61,970 nt of DNA. Origin: Balamuthia mandrillaris (Eukaryota). The stretch spans positions 124,001 to 185,970 of the forward strand of contig JAVKOQ020000088.1 of NCBI GenBank assembly GCA_031835245.2. Direction: 5' to 3'. The notes under the pieces are model-generated. The model saw nothing but the letters and a program-made list of their open reading frames with translations, was not told the DNA's origin and made no database searches. Position 1 is the first letter of the stretch. Each line of letters starts with the position of its first letter. Position numbers and translations under genes: made by a program. This document shows, in pieces, positions 1-11,584 of this stretch.

Positions 1-75
1 CAAGCATATAGGGTTCTTGAAAGAAAACAAGGACACAGGTGGAGCGGACGCAACATTTAAACCGTATTATACGCT

Positions 76-681
76 TTAAAATATGGAGACCAGAAGCTTG
101 TCGATCACATGGATCACACCGTTGGTTGCAAAGTTATCAGCAGAGATCACCGTGGCCGATGAAAGGACCACCGATACCGTGACTCCAACCGTCAGGTCAA
201 AGGTGAGAGGAAATTCCCCAACGATGGGTGGTACGGTCATGCCGTCCACCATAGCTGTGGTAGGAAGAACCGCTCCCACGACATGCCCCAAAAGCAACGA
301 GGAGCAGAGTTCTGGCGAGTCTATGAGGAAATCCAGAAATCCCTCTGGAAGAAAATCAAACGCTTCGTTGCTGGGGGCGAATACCGTGTGGGAGACGTTG
401 GGGTTGGTGAAAAGCTCAATAAGATCGCATGCCTCGGCAGCTTCATAGACGGTGGTGAGCCCAAGACTGGTACTGAGGGCAATAAGGTCCTTGGTGGGTC
501 CTTCGGGACATTGCTCGCACTGCTCGCACTCCTCACACTCCTCGCAAGGCTCTGCTTCGCAGCTTCCACCGGGGATCAACCCCTTGAAATTGAAGTTGAT
601 GGTGGTGCTCTCGGCGGAGGAGAACCTGGGAACTGCCAGAAAAGCAGCGAAAAGCAGCAGCAACACAACGCTCTTGCCCAT
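76..681 (-). CDS. Secreted fasciclin (FAS1) domain protein
   Basis: Signal peptide MGKSVVLLLLFAAFLA; FAS1 motifs TVFAPSNEAF, GHVV and ATNGVIHVIDKLL; N-terminal CEECEECEQCEQC repeat; intronless. Confidence 0.9.
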   Translation of the reverse strand: MGKSVVLLLLFAAFLAVPRFSSAESTTINFNFKGLIPGGSCEAEPCEECEECEQCEQCPEGPTKDLIALSTSLGLTTVYEAAEACDLIELFTNPNVSHTVFAPSNEAFDFLPEGFLDFLIDSPELCSSLLLGHVVGAVLPTTAMVDGMTVPPIVGEFPLTFDLTVGVTVSVVLSSATVISADNFATNGVIHVIDKLLVSIF

Positions 682-965
682 TTTGCGTTTTGTCACTTCT
701 TTTTTCGTTTCCCTTTCGTCTTTTGTTTGTTTGCGAAACGACACATACCATATAAAGAGCAAGTGACGTCACGTTTTAAAAACAACCAATGCGGCTTAAC
801 TGCGTTACGTCCAGCAAATAACGAAAATTTTAGACGCTCCTCCTTGGAGAGAGAAGCAAAGGCTCCTGACCCGTTTCCACCCCAACTATCGGAGCTCCAA
901 GAGTGACGACACAAAGGAGGAAAGAAGCTTTGTGGAAGACATAAATGGTGCAGAGTAGAGAGAAG

Positions 966-1007
<42 letters not shown>

Positions 1008-1050
1008 GATGATGATGAGGATGGTGAGGAGGATTGTACTGTATATTCTC

Positions 1051-3173
1051 TCAAGGTTTGATGACGATGGTGCCGACAAGGGTTGGAGAGTCGAGAAGGC
1101 GATGAGCTTCTCGTATTTTTTCCAAAGGAAAGGCGTTGGCCACTCTGACTCGTATTTCTTCTTTTCGTATTTTCTCCAACAGTTCCTCCAAAATATCTTT
1201 GTTTGTATGGTTTTTGTTATTTCGGCAACAACACTCGAGAAAGAAGGAAGTACAAGAAAGCAACGTACGTAAATAACGTCCTTGTTGAAGTGGAGAGAGC
1301 AACCATGTTTGCTCAAACAGAAAGCTGAGAGACGCTCCACGAAGATATAACAAACGTGTCGTCGGTGGATCCAGCTATTTTTTTGTTGGGACAAGAAAGA
1401 ATGAAACGGTGAAACGGACACAACGAATAACTAAGAAAGAGAAACGAACCTGCAAATAGGAAGACGCAACCCATCGACCGTGAACTGCTAAACAACGAAC
1501 AAGTTCATCGTTCTTGTAACGTGCTTTTGCCTCATCATTTTCATCTTCATTTTGTTCCTGTTTTCCTTTTGGAGAAGATAGAGAATTGGAAGAAGCGGAG
1601 GAAGGAGGATCGATGGCAGGAGGAGATTCCACTCGATGGGATTCTATGAGAATGTCAACGCCTAAACCGCCCGTTTCGTCCATTACAGCATTGAAAAGAT
1701 TTTCTGTACTTGTGTCTATTATTCTATCTATCCTTTTGTTTAAAGAAGTTTAATAAATAAACAGAGAGAGAGAGAGAGAGAAGAAAATGTACTTTGTGGA
1801 TAGATTTTGAAGAAACGTGAATTCTTCAGGAGAGGATGCTGTTGTGATGATCTTGGCGCCCCACAAACCAGCCAATTGAACTGCCAAATGACCATATGTC
1901 GATGCTCCTTATTTTGTTATGATATGTCGTTCGGTTTAAAAAAAGCGTATCAGCACCAACACCAAAGAAATGAAAGAACGAACGAAAAGGGGAAAGAAAG
2001 ATAAACATGTACCATCAAGGATAAGAACAGAGTCGCCAGGGACTAGGTGAGCATGATAATGCAACGCAGTGTAGGCTCGAATACCTCCAATCAACGCGCC
2101 TGCCGCCTCCTCAAAACTGATCTCGGCTGGTTTCTTCACTTTATTTTGTTGCTATGCCGTGAGTTTCCAACAAAAGAAAGAAAAGAAAACAACAAAGAAA
2201 AGCAACAACAAAGAAAACCTAAGTAGGCACTATCGATGGCCACATACTCAGCGTTGCCACCTCCGCTGTCCATCGGAATCACACCTGTAACACAAAGCCA
2301 ACTCGATATTAGTCACAAGAGAACACGGTTTTGGACACAAATAGATACGAGAGATACGAGCACAGGAGAGAGGACATGAAAGCCGATCGCAGGTGAGCAA
2401 CAGCAAAACAGAAAATGTTAAAGAAGTGGGTAAAGAGAAGAAGGAAGGAAGAAGAAGAAGAAGAAGAAGAAGAAGAAGAAGAAGAAGAACAAGAACAAGA
2501 AGAAGAACAAGAAGAAGAAGAACAAGAAGAAGAACAAGAAGCAGAAGAAGAAACAGAAGAAGAAGATGATGAAGAAGAACTAGAACTAGAACTAGAACCA
2601 CGAGAACTAGAACGAGAAGAGGAAGAAGAGAAAGAACAAGAAGAAGAACAAAGCAGCGCATTTAAAAAAAAGACAAACCAACCACTTCTTCGCCAGAGCG
2701 AAGATGTTCCACCTCCAGACCCAAAGAAGAGACCACCCCAGCGATGGCGTAGCCGAGAATGGCGGGCGGCCGCACGAACGCCTGGTGGTGGCCTTTCCTG
2801 GCCTCCCTGTCCAACGGCGTTACCGCGCAGGCCTTCACTCGCACCAGTACCTGGTTGGGCGCTGTCGTTGGTTGAGGATGCTGCAAGCAAGCAAGCAAGA
2901 AGAAAAAGAAACAAGTCAGCGAACAAAAAATAAAATAAAATAGAATGAGGGAGAGCGCTGCTGCTCATCGGCAAATACATTTTTCAGAAAGATGAACCCC
3001 TCTTCGTTGCCAAGGCTGGTGAGGGATACGATTCGCATGGTGGGTGTGGTGGCATGGTGGTTGTCTTTTGTGGTTATTGGCGAAGGGGAGGCAGCGGGGC
3101 TGAGCGTTTCCTGCTGCTGCTGCTGCTGCTGCTGGGTGCGTCGACGTCCCTCCTCCGCTTCTTGCCCGTTCAT
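1051..3173 (-). CDS. CRYZL1: Quinone oxidoreductase-like protein 1 (CRYZL1-like, MDR superfamily), multi-exon
   Basis: Exon peptides QVLVRVKACAV, ISFEEAAG..RAYTALHYHAHLVPGDSVLILDG, ETGGLGVDI, LRGASLSFLFEQTWLLSPLQQGRYL resemble CRYZL1; exon boundaries approximate. Confidence 0.8.
2445..2650 (+). repeat. Intronic (GAA/CAA)n microsatellite
   Basis: Direct reading; produces spurious poly-Glu/poly-Ser ORFs. Confidence 0.9.
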
Positions 3174-3325
3174 CTTTTTTTTTTCTCCCTATTTTTTGTG
3201 GACAGATGTAACTGGAAATTATTTTGATATTTTCAAAATATCAATACTATTTACCTTTTTTTGCAATTAAATCTTTTTTTTGTTAATTATCCACAAATAT
3301 TGTTGATTACGGAAATGGCAGCGAA

Positions 3326-3341
3326 CCGCTAACCCTAACCT
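3326..3341 (+). promoter_or_regulatory. Telomere-like motif CCGCTAACCCTAACCT in the CRYZL1/GNAT divergent promoter
   Basis: Motif recurs at 18609, 18693, 22946 and 26052, always in upstream regions. Confidence 0.55.
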
Positions 3342-3407
3342 TAAAGTTTTTAAACCTTTATTTCGGTGCGTCATATAATAACAAAAAACCCCAAGCCGCA
3401 AAGAAAG

Positions 3408-4511
3408 ATGGAGAGCAAGCTGTTCTTTGACGTCAACGAGTTTCGCGCCAGCACACAGGAGGCCTTCTTCAACGCCAACCCCATCGACGGCAACCTCTTC
3501 CTCTCTTTGATCTCTCCTGACAGTCCGTTCCCTCCGCCTGACCTCATGCTTTGCGCGCAAACGATTGGCGCCGAGGCTAAGGTGGTCGCGGTGGCGCTCG
3601 TTTCGCCTTCTCATAACTTGTTGCTTGCTTTGGATAAGTCTTTCCTTCAAGAAGAAGAAGGACAAGAAAAAGAAGGAGAGAAGCTTGACAAGGTGCTTGA
3701 TTGCATTGGCAGAACTGTAATGGAGGCAATGACCAGTTCTTCTTCGTCTTCAGCCATTGTGGGTCATGTAGCTCAGCTTTCGGCCTCTTCCACGTTAAGC
3801 TCAAAGTTTATTTCAAGAATGTCTGCTCTCAACTTCCTCTCTTCCTCTTCGCTGGCAATGTCTCAGACTTTATACCTGTTCAACACTTCATCATTTTCTT
3901 CTTCTTCTCCTTCAACAACAGAAAAAGAAGAAGAAAAAGAGTTACGTTTTGCGGTACTAAGAGAAGAAGAGGAGGTGAAAGAGGTTGCTCCTCACTATCG
4001 TGACTTCCTCTTTGAAGCGTGGCACCAACAACGACTCGTCTCTTTGGAAGAGGCTCATCATCGTGTCTCAAGACCAGCTAAATCCGGTTTACTCGTCGCT
4101 TTGACCGCCGTTTCTTCTTCTTCTTCGTTGATTGGTGAAGTAAAGAGTAAAGAAGAGATTGTATGCTTTTGTACGATGGCTAGATGCACAGATTCGTTGT
4201 ATCGAGTGACGTGTTTGTATTGCTTGCCAGAGTACCGCAAGCGTGGACTGGGAACTCGCCTCATGAGAGAAACGTTGGACTATATTTTTGGACGAAAAGA
4301 GAACAGCTTCAAACCCCCTTCTTGTTCTTCTTCTTCTTCTTCTTCTTCTTCTTCTTCTGCTCTGGGGGAAGCAGAGATGGCAAGAGCAAGACAGTTGATC
4401 TTGTATGCGGACAAAGAGAGCGCAGCCGCGAACGCGGTCTACGTAAAGGTGGGATTCACTGCCTACTGCGCCTTTGAAGTGCATGACCTACAGTGGAACG
4501 TGCCTTCTTGA
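3408..4511 (+). CDS. GNAT-family N-acetyltransferase
   Basis: C-terminal LYCLPEYRKRGLGTRLM (acetyl-CoA motif A) and LYADKESAAANAVYVKVGF (motif B); intronless. Confidence 0.8.
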   Translation: MESKLFFDVNEFRASTQEAFFNANPIDGNLFLSLISPDSPFPPPDLMLCAQTIGAEAKVVAVALVSPSHNLLLALDKSFLQEEEGQEKEGEKLDKVLDCIGRTVMEAMTSSSSSSAIVGHVAQLSASSTLSSKFISRMSALNFLSSSSLAMSQTLYLFNTSSFSSSSPSTTEKEEEKELRFAVLREEEEVKEVAPHYRDFLFEAWHQQRLVSLEEAHHRVSRPAKSGLLVALTAVSSSSSLIGEVKSKEEIVCFCTMARCTDSLYRVTCLYCLPEYRKRGLGTRLMRETLDYIFGRKENSFKPPSCSSSSSSSSSSSALGEAEMARARQLILYADKESAAANAVYVKVGFTAYCAFEVHDLQWNVPS

Positions 4512-4720
4512 AAACCTTTTTCCTTCAAAAAGACAAAAAGCAAAAAAAAGCATTACCAACACAAAAAAAAATAACGCAGGAAGCGAGAATCGAACCGCAA
4601 GCAAATTTAGCGAAATTGGAAAAATATTATTTGTCGACGCGCCTCTTCGTTCAACAACGAAGAGACCAGAGGGACGTTCACGATTTGGAAGTTTGAATGA
4701 GGTAAGGGACGCGCAAGTAC

Positions 4721-5926
4721 ATGATGAGCCGAAAATTGGCAGGAACCGATCACGTGGTTCACGTGAGAGAGAGCATCGGAGGGAATGGCAACGTGGGATT
4801 TGGATTGGAAGGACGACGAACATCGCTGGTTACTCTGCTTCGGCACTTTCGGTGGTGGCTGGTGTTGGCGATCTCGTTTATCCTCTTATGGTTGGTCGCG
4901 TTGCATAGACTCACCCCAGGGGAGAGCTCATGGCCCGGCATGAACCTCGAGCAAAAGCGGATACTACTTCTACGAAGCGACCACAAAGGAACAAGCATAC
5001 ACGAACTAACAGAAACAAACAAAGCAGAACCTAACAATGACCATGGACCACTGAATCTATCCTCTTTGCAAGTTTATGAGGAGACAGATGAGCCTCTACC
5101 CAGAGCGTTTCCCGTTCTGCTCTCCAACTCAAACTGCGGTCAAAGGGACGATCCAGAGCAGTTCTTCTGCGTCAATATTTGTGATTTGAGTTGCAAGACG
5201 CAACGACCGAAAGAGGAGGCCATGCCGATTGCCGAGGCAGAACAAGAGTGGCTGATGTTCCGGAGAAACCTAACGTATCCGCCTGTTGTGGTCGGCTATC
5301 CAAAGTTTATTGCGGAGGAGGACAGAAAGGCATTTCTGGCGATGGGTCAAGTGAAGGACTACATCGCGGAGCATAGTTTTAGCGAATGCACCAAACACTT
5401 GGGTAATACGGTCTTCTTGTTTGCTCTGGTCCTTCTTCTCATAATCTTTCGCTTCAAACAAAACTAAACAGGTGAAGAAACATGCAAACGGATAAATGCA
5501 TCCGGAAAGTACGACCCATCCAACAACTTGCTCTTCTCCAGCAAAAAGTTCCTTCACGGAGAAGTTTCTCTGCTGCGTAACGCTTTCTATAACGGCGCCC
5601 CCGACGCCAACTTTGGCAAGATGCAATGCGGTCCCGCCTCTGACTACCACTGGCTTAAACCAGCTTCTCCTTCACATTCACGTTCCAGCCCTCAAGCGGT
5701 GGAGAAGATGGTGGTGCTTTGCGGCCCGCAAACATTTGCCTTTCAGCATTGGATAGACAGAGGATTGTCCAAGTTGGTTCAGGTTTGGGATTGGGTGTCG
5801 CAGAACCCGACAGCCAAGGTACTAGCCAGCGGCCAACGACAAGCTGTTGTGAACGAGTTGTGGCAACGATCTGGTTACACTCTTTCTTTCTTAGCCATTT
5901 AACTATTCATCTTATGTACTTTTTCT

Positions 5927-5964
<38 letters not shown>

Positions 5965-6751
5965 CTCGCTCTCCTTTTCTCTCTTTCACTCTCTTTCAAC
6001 AATTAGGGGTGGAAAAGACACGGCTGATTGATGTGACTCAAGCAACTGGAACAGTGATCACAGAGGAGCTTGTCTTTCCATGCGTGGCACCTCACTACCA
6101 TCCAGTCGTCTATCAGGAAGCTCGACGAAGACTTGGCATACTGGACATACCTTCAACGTCAAAAGCAAGAAACAAAGTGGTGTACTTGAGTCGAAATGTT
6201 GGGAAAAACACTGGAAGAAAGGTTCTTAATGAAAACAATGTTCGGTGGGCTATTCCTTCTCTTGTGCTGGGGTATCTTTGTCTAACCTAACTGTCCCTAC
6301 CTTTTTGAATTCAGAGCTGCACTGACCAACTTTTTTGCCGCCCGAAGAGAGGAGCTGGTCATCTTTGACCACTCCCAATTCCCTTCCCTCTCCTCCGTCA
6401 TAGAATGGTTCAACAGCAACGCCATCGCCCTGATAGGACCTCACGGAGGCGCCTTTTACAACATGTTCTACTGTGCGGCAGATACGTTGGTGGTGGAGTT
6501 CTTTCCGTATCACGGAACTGCTAGTGACAAAGGCAAAACATCGGGAATAAGATACCCTGGAGGCACTTGGTGGCCTGCTGTGTTCACTGGAATGAATTAC
6601 TATCAGGTTAGTTTCGCTTTCTCTTCTCCCTTGCAGGAGGTGGCTAAGCGGATATACCAATAAGGTGCCGGTTCAGTCTGCAAGTGCTGGAGACATCGTG
6701 ATACCGATAGAGAAGATGCTGCAAATCTTGGAGAAGGAGCTAACGGGCTGA
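4721..6751 (+). CDS. Glycosyltransferase family 61-like type II membrane protein, multi-exon
   Basis: N-terminal TM helix; FQHWIDR, KVVYLSR..RKVLNE, IGPHGGAFYNMFYC..LVVEF motifs typical of GT61. Confidence 0.75.
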
Positions 6752-6922
6752 AAGGGTAAGGGGCCAGTCAGACCTGGTCAGGTCTATAACATAACGTCTG
6801 CCCAATCATAATTCAGAACGCCGTTTGATCGAGTTTCCTTGTTTGGTACTAACGCGTCCTTTGAACTATCTGTTGTTTCGGGAAAGAAGTAGGAAGCAAA
6901 AAGAACCACCAGGAAAGTCGAG

Positions 6923-7909
6923 ATGAGGCTGCTGTCTCAAGGCTTCCCTTTGGTCATGTTTTGGGTCGGCCTAGGGTTGGGCTTGAGCTTTGGTTATTTC
7001 AACATTTTCTCTTCCCGGCCTTCGTGCTCTTCTGCATCTACCTTTTCAGAACCCGCTTTCCCGTCACCTCCAACCGTGACCCTGCGCGAATATGAACCTC
7101 CAACAACAGCACTACCGCACCACCCTCCTCTACAAAAACACATGCCTCTGCAAGCTCAAATGAGCGCCTCCATCGTCAGCCAACTACAAGCTTATCTCGA
7201 TGAATCCCGTGGTGGAGCCCCCTCTCTTCCTTATCTCTCTCCCCCTGGTACTCCTCCAAAGGTGTTTGGTCTAGGCCTCTCTAAAACTGGCACCACTTCT
7301 CTCAAAGAAGCGTTGCAGGTTTTGGGAGTGAACTGTCACAAACAAACTGGAATTATGAACGACGTCTTCACATCGCGGCACCAACCGTTCAGCATCGACG
7401 TCATCCGACGCTTTGACCAGCTCGAGTCAGTGACCGACCTGCCGCTACCCTACTTCTTCGAGGAACTGGCCTTCATCTATCCTGATGCCAAATTCGTGCT
7501 GACTGTTCGTGATCCTGCCTCTTGGTGGAGATCCTTCGAAGCGCACATAGAGCGAAACAAAATCAGTTCGTCCGGTAGTACGGAAGGAGTTCGGCAGAAC
7601 CTAAGGATCCTTCACTATGGGGGCGTTAATCCATCACAATACGTGGCTGTGAAAGCGTTTCTCCGGCACAACCAGCTTGTACAGTCGCTCATTCCGCCAG
7701 AGCGGCTCTTGGTGTTGGATGTTGCAAAGGAAGGAGAGACAGGAGAAGCCTTCGCAAAGCTTTGCAGGTTTTTAGGGGTGGCGGAAAGCAAGTGTCCTTC
7801 GGGAGCATTTCCTCATGCAAACCAGATGCCCAGTAGGCAAAAGAATGAAGGCTTGAGAGAGGGAAGGGACGGCAGGAGAGGAAGAGATGAGGATGATGAC
7901 GATATCTAG
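6923..7909 (+). CDS. Membrane-anchored P-loop sulfotransferase-family protein
   Basis: KVFGLGLSKTGTTSL (PAPS-binding), YPDAKFVLTVRDP..WWRS, PPERLLVLDV, FPHAN; N-terminal hydrophobic anchor. Confidence 0.8.
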   Translation: MRLLSQGFPLVMFWVGLGLGLSFGYFNIFSSRPSCSSASTFSEPAFPSPPTVTLREYEPPTTALPHHPPLQKHMPLQAQMSASIVSQLQAYLDESRGGAPSLPYLSPPGTPPKVFGLGLSKTGTTSLKEALQVLGVNCHKQTGIMNDVFTSRHQPFSIDVIRRFDQLESVTDLPLPYFFEELAFIYPDAKFVLTVRDPASWWRSFEAHIERNKISSSGSTEGVRQNLRILHYGGVNPSQYVAVKAFLRHNQLVQSLIPPERLLVLDVAKEGETGEAFAKLCRFLGVAESKCPSGAFPHANQMPSRQKNEGLREGRDGRRGRDEDDDDI

Positions 7910-8619
7910 CGTGGGGGAAGCTACTAAGGTTGATAAAGAGGAAGCCGAAAGAACGGACAGGAACCTAGGGAAGTGTTCAGTAATCTATGATGATGAAACA
8001 ACAGAAAGCATCACAACACGAACTTTCGTCATACCTCACCTTTCTTTCTCGTGTCTATCTCTTTTGCTCTCGTTCTCTCGCTTGTTTCTTAATTTCACAA
8101 TGCTGAAGAAATTTTTTCTGAAAAGTTATCATCTCAGGTTGCCTACATACCATACACTCTCATCTATTGCAATGACATCAACCCCTTGCAATCAATGCTC
8201 AACCTGTACCAGAAAGCAAAGCTGTGAGGACACTCCTCTGCAGGACAACAAGACTTAATCCCCACCCCTTGAATATCGGTAGAGTTCTGAAAAGTTATTG
8301 CGATGTCGTCCAGCCACGCCTGCTTGTTCTCTTCGCTTTCACCATCAAAGAATACATTGGGAACAGCGGAAAGAGATGAACATTTCCAAGTGCTTTTGGG
8401 ACAAAGGAACTAAGGATTTTTTTTCAAGAGTGAACCAAAAAAAATCCATAACAAACTCTTCATAGAGGTATCCAATCACTTTTCAAATAGATTGATCTTA
8501 ATCTACCATGACGTGTGCAAAATGGAATTTTAAACATGTAAAGAATGTTCTCTATATTTTTTAGATTTAAAATTTAAAAAACAAAAAAAGAAAAAAATTA
8601 GAAAAGAAAAAGAAATAAA

Positions 8620-11523
8620 ATGGAACCGAGTGGCCCTCCTCCTCCTTCCCACACTCCTCTCTTCCTCCCTCACCATCACTCCCACACCCACGCTCTTTCG
8701 CCCTCTCCCTTGCTGGCAGCCTCGAATCCCTACGCTCACGCTCACGCCCACGCCCACGCCCTCTTCTCTCCGGCGGGCGCCTCCACGCCCGCCACCCCCG
8801 CCGCCCCTCCTCCTCATCCTGTTCCTCCTCACCCCCCGTTTTTCCTTCGCTCCAAGCTTAGGCTGCACGTCTGCATCCCGGTCTTTGCCAAGCAGTTCCT
8901 GCTGGTGGAGCCCCGCGGCAGAGCGTTGAGGGAGCTGAAGGCCAGCGTCGAGGGCCAGTTTGCGAGGCTCTACCCGCAGGCCGCCCCGCTGCACGTCCAT
9001 CGGCTGCGCGATCTGAATCACTCTGACTTAGGTTCGGCTCTTTTTTTTTTTTCTTCTTCTTCTCTATTTGTTTTTATTTTATGTGTATATATTGTTAAAA
9101 AAAACTTTTTTGTTTTTGTTTTTGTGGCAGATTGGGAGCTGGCCATTGAGGAGGTCTTTGAGGATAACTCCTTTGTGGTGGTGGTCACGGAGGAGGAAGT
9201 CGCTGACGCTCAAAGCGAGCATGAGGGCGGCCAACCCGTGCTGCTCCCCGCTTCCTCCGCTTCATCTTTCTATGCCTCTCCGCTTGCTTCTGCATCTTCG
9301 TTCTCTTCTCCGTTTGTTTCTCCTTCGCAACTTCATCACCCTCATTTCCCTTTTCTTTCGCGACAGCATCAACAAAATAACGGTTCAACTCTCTTTCGAA
9401 CTCCGTTAAATGTTCGCTCAGCAAAAAGAAAGAGAGTGTCAACGTCTCCCACAACTACAAAAGCTGTCGCTACGTCTTCTTCGAATTTAACTTCTGTCTC
9501 AAATGGAACAGCTGAAGAAGAAAAAGAAGTGAGAGAACGAGACGAAGAGGAGGAAGAGGAAGAAGAGGAAGAAGAAGAGATAACTTCGCCGTCGACTTTA
9601 GTTGTCACGAAACGAGCGAGAAAGAACGGTGAAGCACCACCTAAACGACAAGAACAAGAGATGGAGAATAGAGAAATGCAAAGGAAGACGACCAAAAGAA
9701 CAGAGACTGAAACGTGTGCCAAACGGATTTTGGAAGATGGAGAAGATGACGAACAAGAAGCGAACGAACAAAAACGAAAAGCAATAGAAAAAGAGGAAGA
9801 AGAAAAATTGGCCGAAGAAAAGAGAAAGAAGGAAGAGGCAGAAAGGAAGAAGAAGGAAGAAGTGGAGAAAGAGAGACGAAGGAAAGAGGAAGAGGAAGAG
9901 AGACGAAGGAAAGAAGAGGAAGAAGAGAAAAGAAGAATAGAAGAAGAGGAAGAACAAAAAAGAAAACAAGAAGAACGCAAGAGAACAGAGGAGTTGGAAC
10001 GAACAAAAAGAGAGGAAGAAGCTAAGAAAAAAGCGGAAGCGGAAGAAGCAAAGCGGAAAAAAGCTGAAGAGTTAGAACGAAAGAAAAAGGAAAGAGAAGA
10101 GATAAAACGAATACGGGAAGAAGAACGTCGAAAAAAATCAGAAGAAGCAAAACGAAAGAAGGAAGAAGAAGCAGAGCGAAAGAGACAAGAGGAGGAAGAA
10201 AGATTAAAGAAAGAAGCCGAAGAAAAGAAAAAGAAGGAAGAAGAAATGCTCAGACAAGAAGAGGAAAGAGCGAAAAAGGCAGAAGAAGAAAGGAAAAAGA
10301 AGGAAGCAGAGGAAAGAGAGAAGGAAGAGCAAGAGAGAAAAAAGAAAGAAGAGGAAGAAAGAATTAAGAAAGCGGAAGAACAGAAGAATAAAGAAGAGGA
10401 AGCAAAGCGGAAGAAAGAAGAAGCCAGACAGAAGAGAGAAGAAGAAAAGCGTAAGCGAGAAGAAGAGCGGAAACGGAAGAGAGAAGAAGCCAGACTCAAG
10501 AAAGAGGAAGAAAAGCGCAAACGAGCAGAAGCAGCAGAACTGAAAAAGAAAGAAGAAGCGGAGCGCAAGCTTAAAGCGGCAGAAGAAGCGAAGCAAAAGA
10601 GAGAAGAAGAGGAAGCTAAAAAGAACAAGGAAGAGGACGAAGAAAAACGTATACAAGAGGAAGAACGACAAAGAAGGGAGGATGAACTGGCAAAGTATTG
10701 CAGAAAACCAAGTCAGAGAGTTCCAGAAGAGAAACTAGAAGAAATACGACTAATTCTTCAACAACAACCAAAACGAAAAAGAAGAGAACCAAAAAAATCA
10801 TCTTCACCAGAGAGTGAAGCGGAAGCAGAAGAAGACGATGAAGAAGATCCGTTGTTATCTGCTTCTCAGCAAGAGGAAATGGCCAGCGAGGGAATGGAAG
10901 TTGTGAACAACGACGAGGATGCTGCCAACAAGGAAGAGAGTGAAGGTTCCAGCGAAGAGGAAGAAGAGGACGAAGAGGACGAAGAGGAAGAAGACGATGA
11001 AGAGACACAACTAAGCGAGAGCCAAAAAAACGAATTGGAGGAGCGGTCGAACCAAACAAACATGAAGAGCGATCTCCCTCCACCTCTCATTTTCGCCTCT
11101 CCTCCTTCATCATCTTCCTCCTCTTCCAAATCGTCTTCCGACGATGGACTGAATCATGAAGAAGAAGATGATGACGATAGTGATGATAGTGATGATAGTG
11201 ATGAAAGCTCTTCTGAAGAGGAGGATGACGTTGCGTTCAAAGGGGTTCGCCTTACTCCTTCCAAACTCCCTCCGACAGCAATCACCAAAAGAGCGAAACA
11301 GCCGCGCAAACGTGCTTCTCGTCGAACCAACACAAACAGCACAAAAGCAAACACATCCGCAAAGAAGAAAACGGCTTCATCTGCTTCTTCCTTCGAACCG
11401 CCAACGACTGCTTCTATCGCGACTCCAGCTCTCTCCACCCCTTCCCTTATTCTCGCGAATCTCAACACCACTTTTCCAACACTAACGAAGACCCCGCGAC
11501 GAACAGCGACTCGAAAGACGTAA
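8620..11523 (+). CDS. Large Glu/Lys-rich coiled-coil protein with N-terminal Net1/Dnt1-like (Cdc14-binding-type) domain; one intron ~9032-9130
   Basis: Splicing GT(9032)..AG(9130) gives KQFLLV...FARLYPQAAPLHVHRLRDLNHSDLDWELAIEEVFEDNSFVVV, resembling the Net1 N-terminus; long EEEKRR-type helix; acidic tail. Confidence 0.6.
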   Translation: MEPSGPPPPSHTPLFLPHHHSHTHALSPSPLLAASNPYAHAHAHAHALFSPAGASTPATPAAPPPHPVPPHPPFFLRSKLRLHVCIPVFAKQFLLVEPRGRALRELKASVEGQFARLYPQAAPLHVHRLRDLNHSDLGSALFFFSSSSLFVFILCVYIVKKNFFVFVFVADWELAIEEVFEDNSFVVVVTEEEVADAQSEHEGGQPVLLPASSASSFYASPLASASSFSSPFVSPSQLHHPHFPFLSRQHQQNNGSTLFRTPLNVRSAKRKRVSTSPTTTKAVATSSSNLTSVSNGTAEEEKEVRERDEEEEEEEEEEEEITSPSTLVVTKRARKNGEAPPKRQEQEMENREMQRKTTKRTETETCAKRILEDGEDDEQEANEQKRKAIEKEEEEKLAEEKRKKEEAERKKKEEVEKERRRKEEEEERRRKEEEEEKRRIEEEEEQKRKQEERKRTEELERTKREEEAKKKAEAEEAKRKKAEELERKKKEREEIKRIREEERRKKSEEAKRKKEEEAERKRQEEEERLKKEAEEKKKKEEEMLRQEEERAKKAEEERKKKEAEEREKEEQERKKKEEEERIKKAEEQKNKEEEAKRKKEEARQKREEEKRKREEERKRKREEARLKKEEEKRKRAEAAELKKKEEAERKLKAAEEAKQKREEEEAKKNKEEDEEKRIQEEERQRREDELAKYCRKPSQRVPEEKLEEIRLILQQQPKRKRREPKKSSSPESEAEAEEDDEEDPLLSASQQEEMASEGMEVVNNDEDAANKEESEGSSEEEEEDEEDEEEEDDEETQLSESQKNELEERSNQTNMKSDLPPPLIFASPPSSSSSSSKSSSDDGLNHEEEDDDDSDDSDDSDESSSEEEDDVAFKGVRLTPSKLPPTAITKRAKQPRKRASRRTNTNSTKANTSAKKKTASSASSFEPPTTASIATPALSTPSLILANLNTTFPTLTKTPRRTATRKT

Positions 11524-11584
11524 AACTTTTTGTTGAAGCAAAATAAATAAGTTTTTCTTTAAAAAAAAAAAGAAAGAAAAAGTG

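Noticed and set aside
2248..2980. Poly-Glu, Leu/Val and Ser/Cys ORFs
   Set aside because: Intronic microsatellite of the CRYZL1-like gene; the real exon is the short minus-strand MDR segment
9369..10628. 419-aa Ser/Phe-rich minus-strand ORF
   Set aside because: Antisense shadow of the Glu/Lys coiled-coil gene
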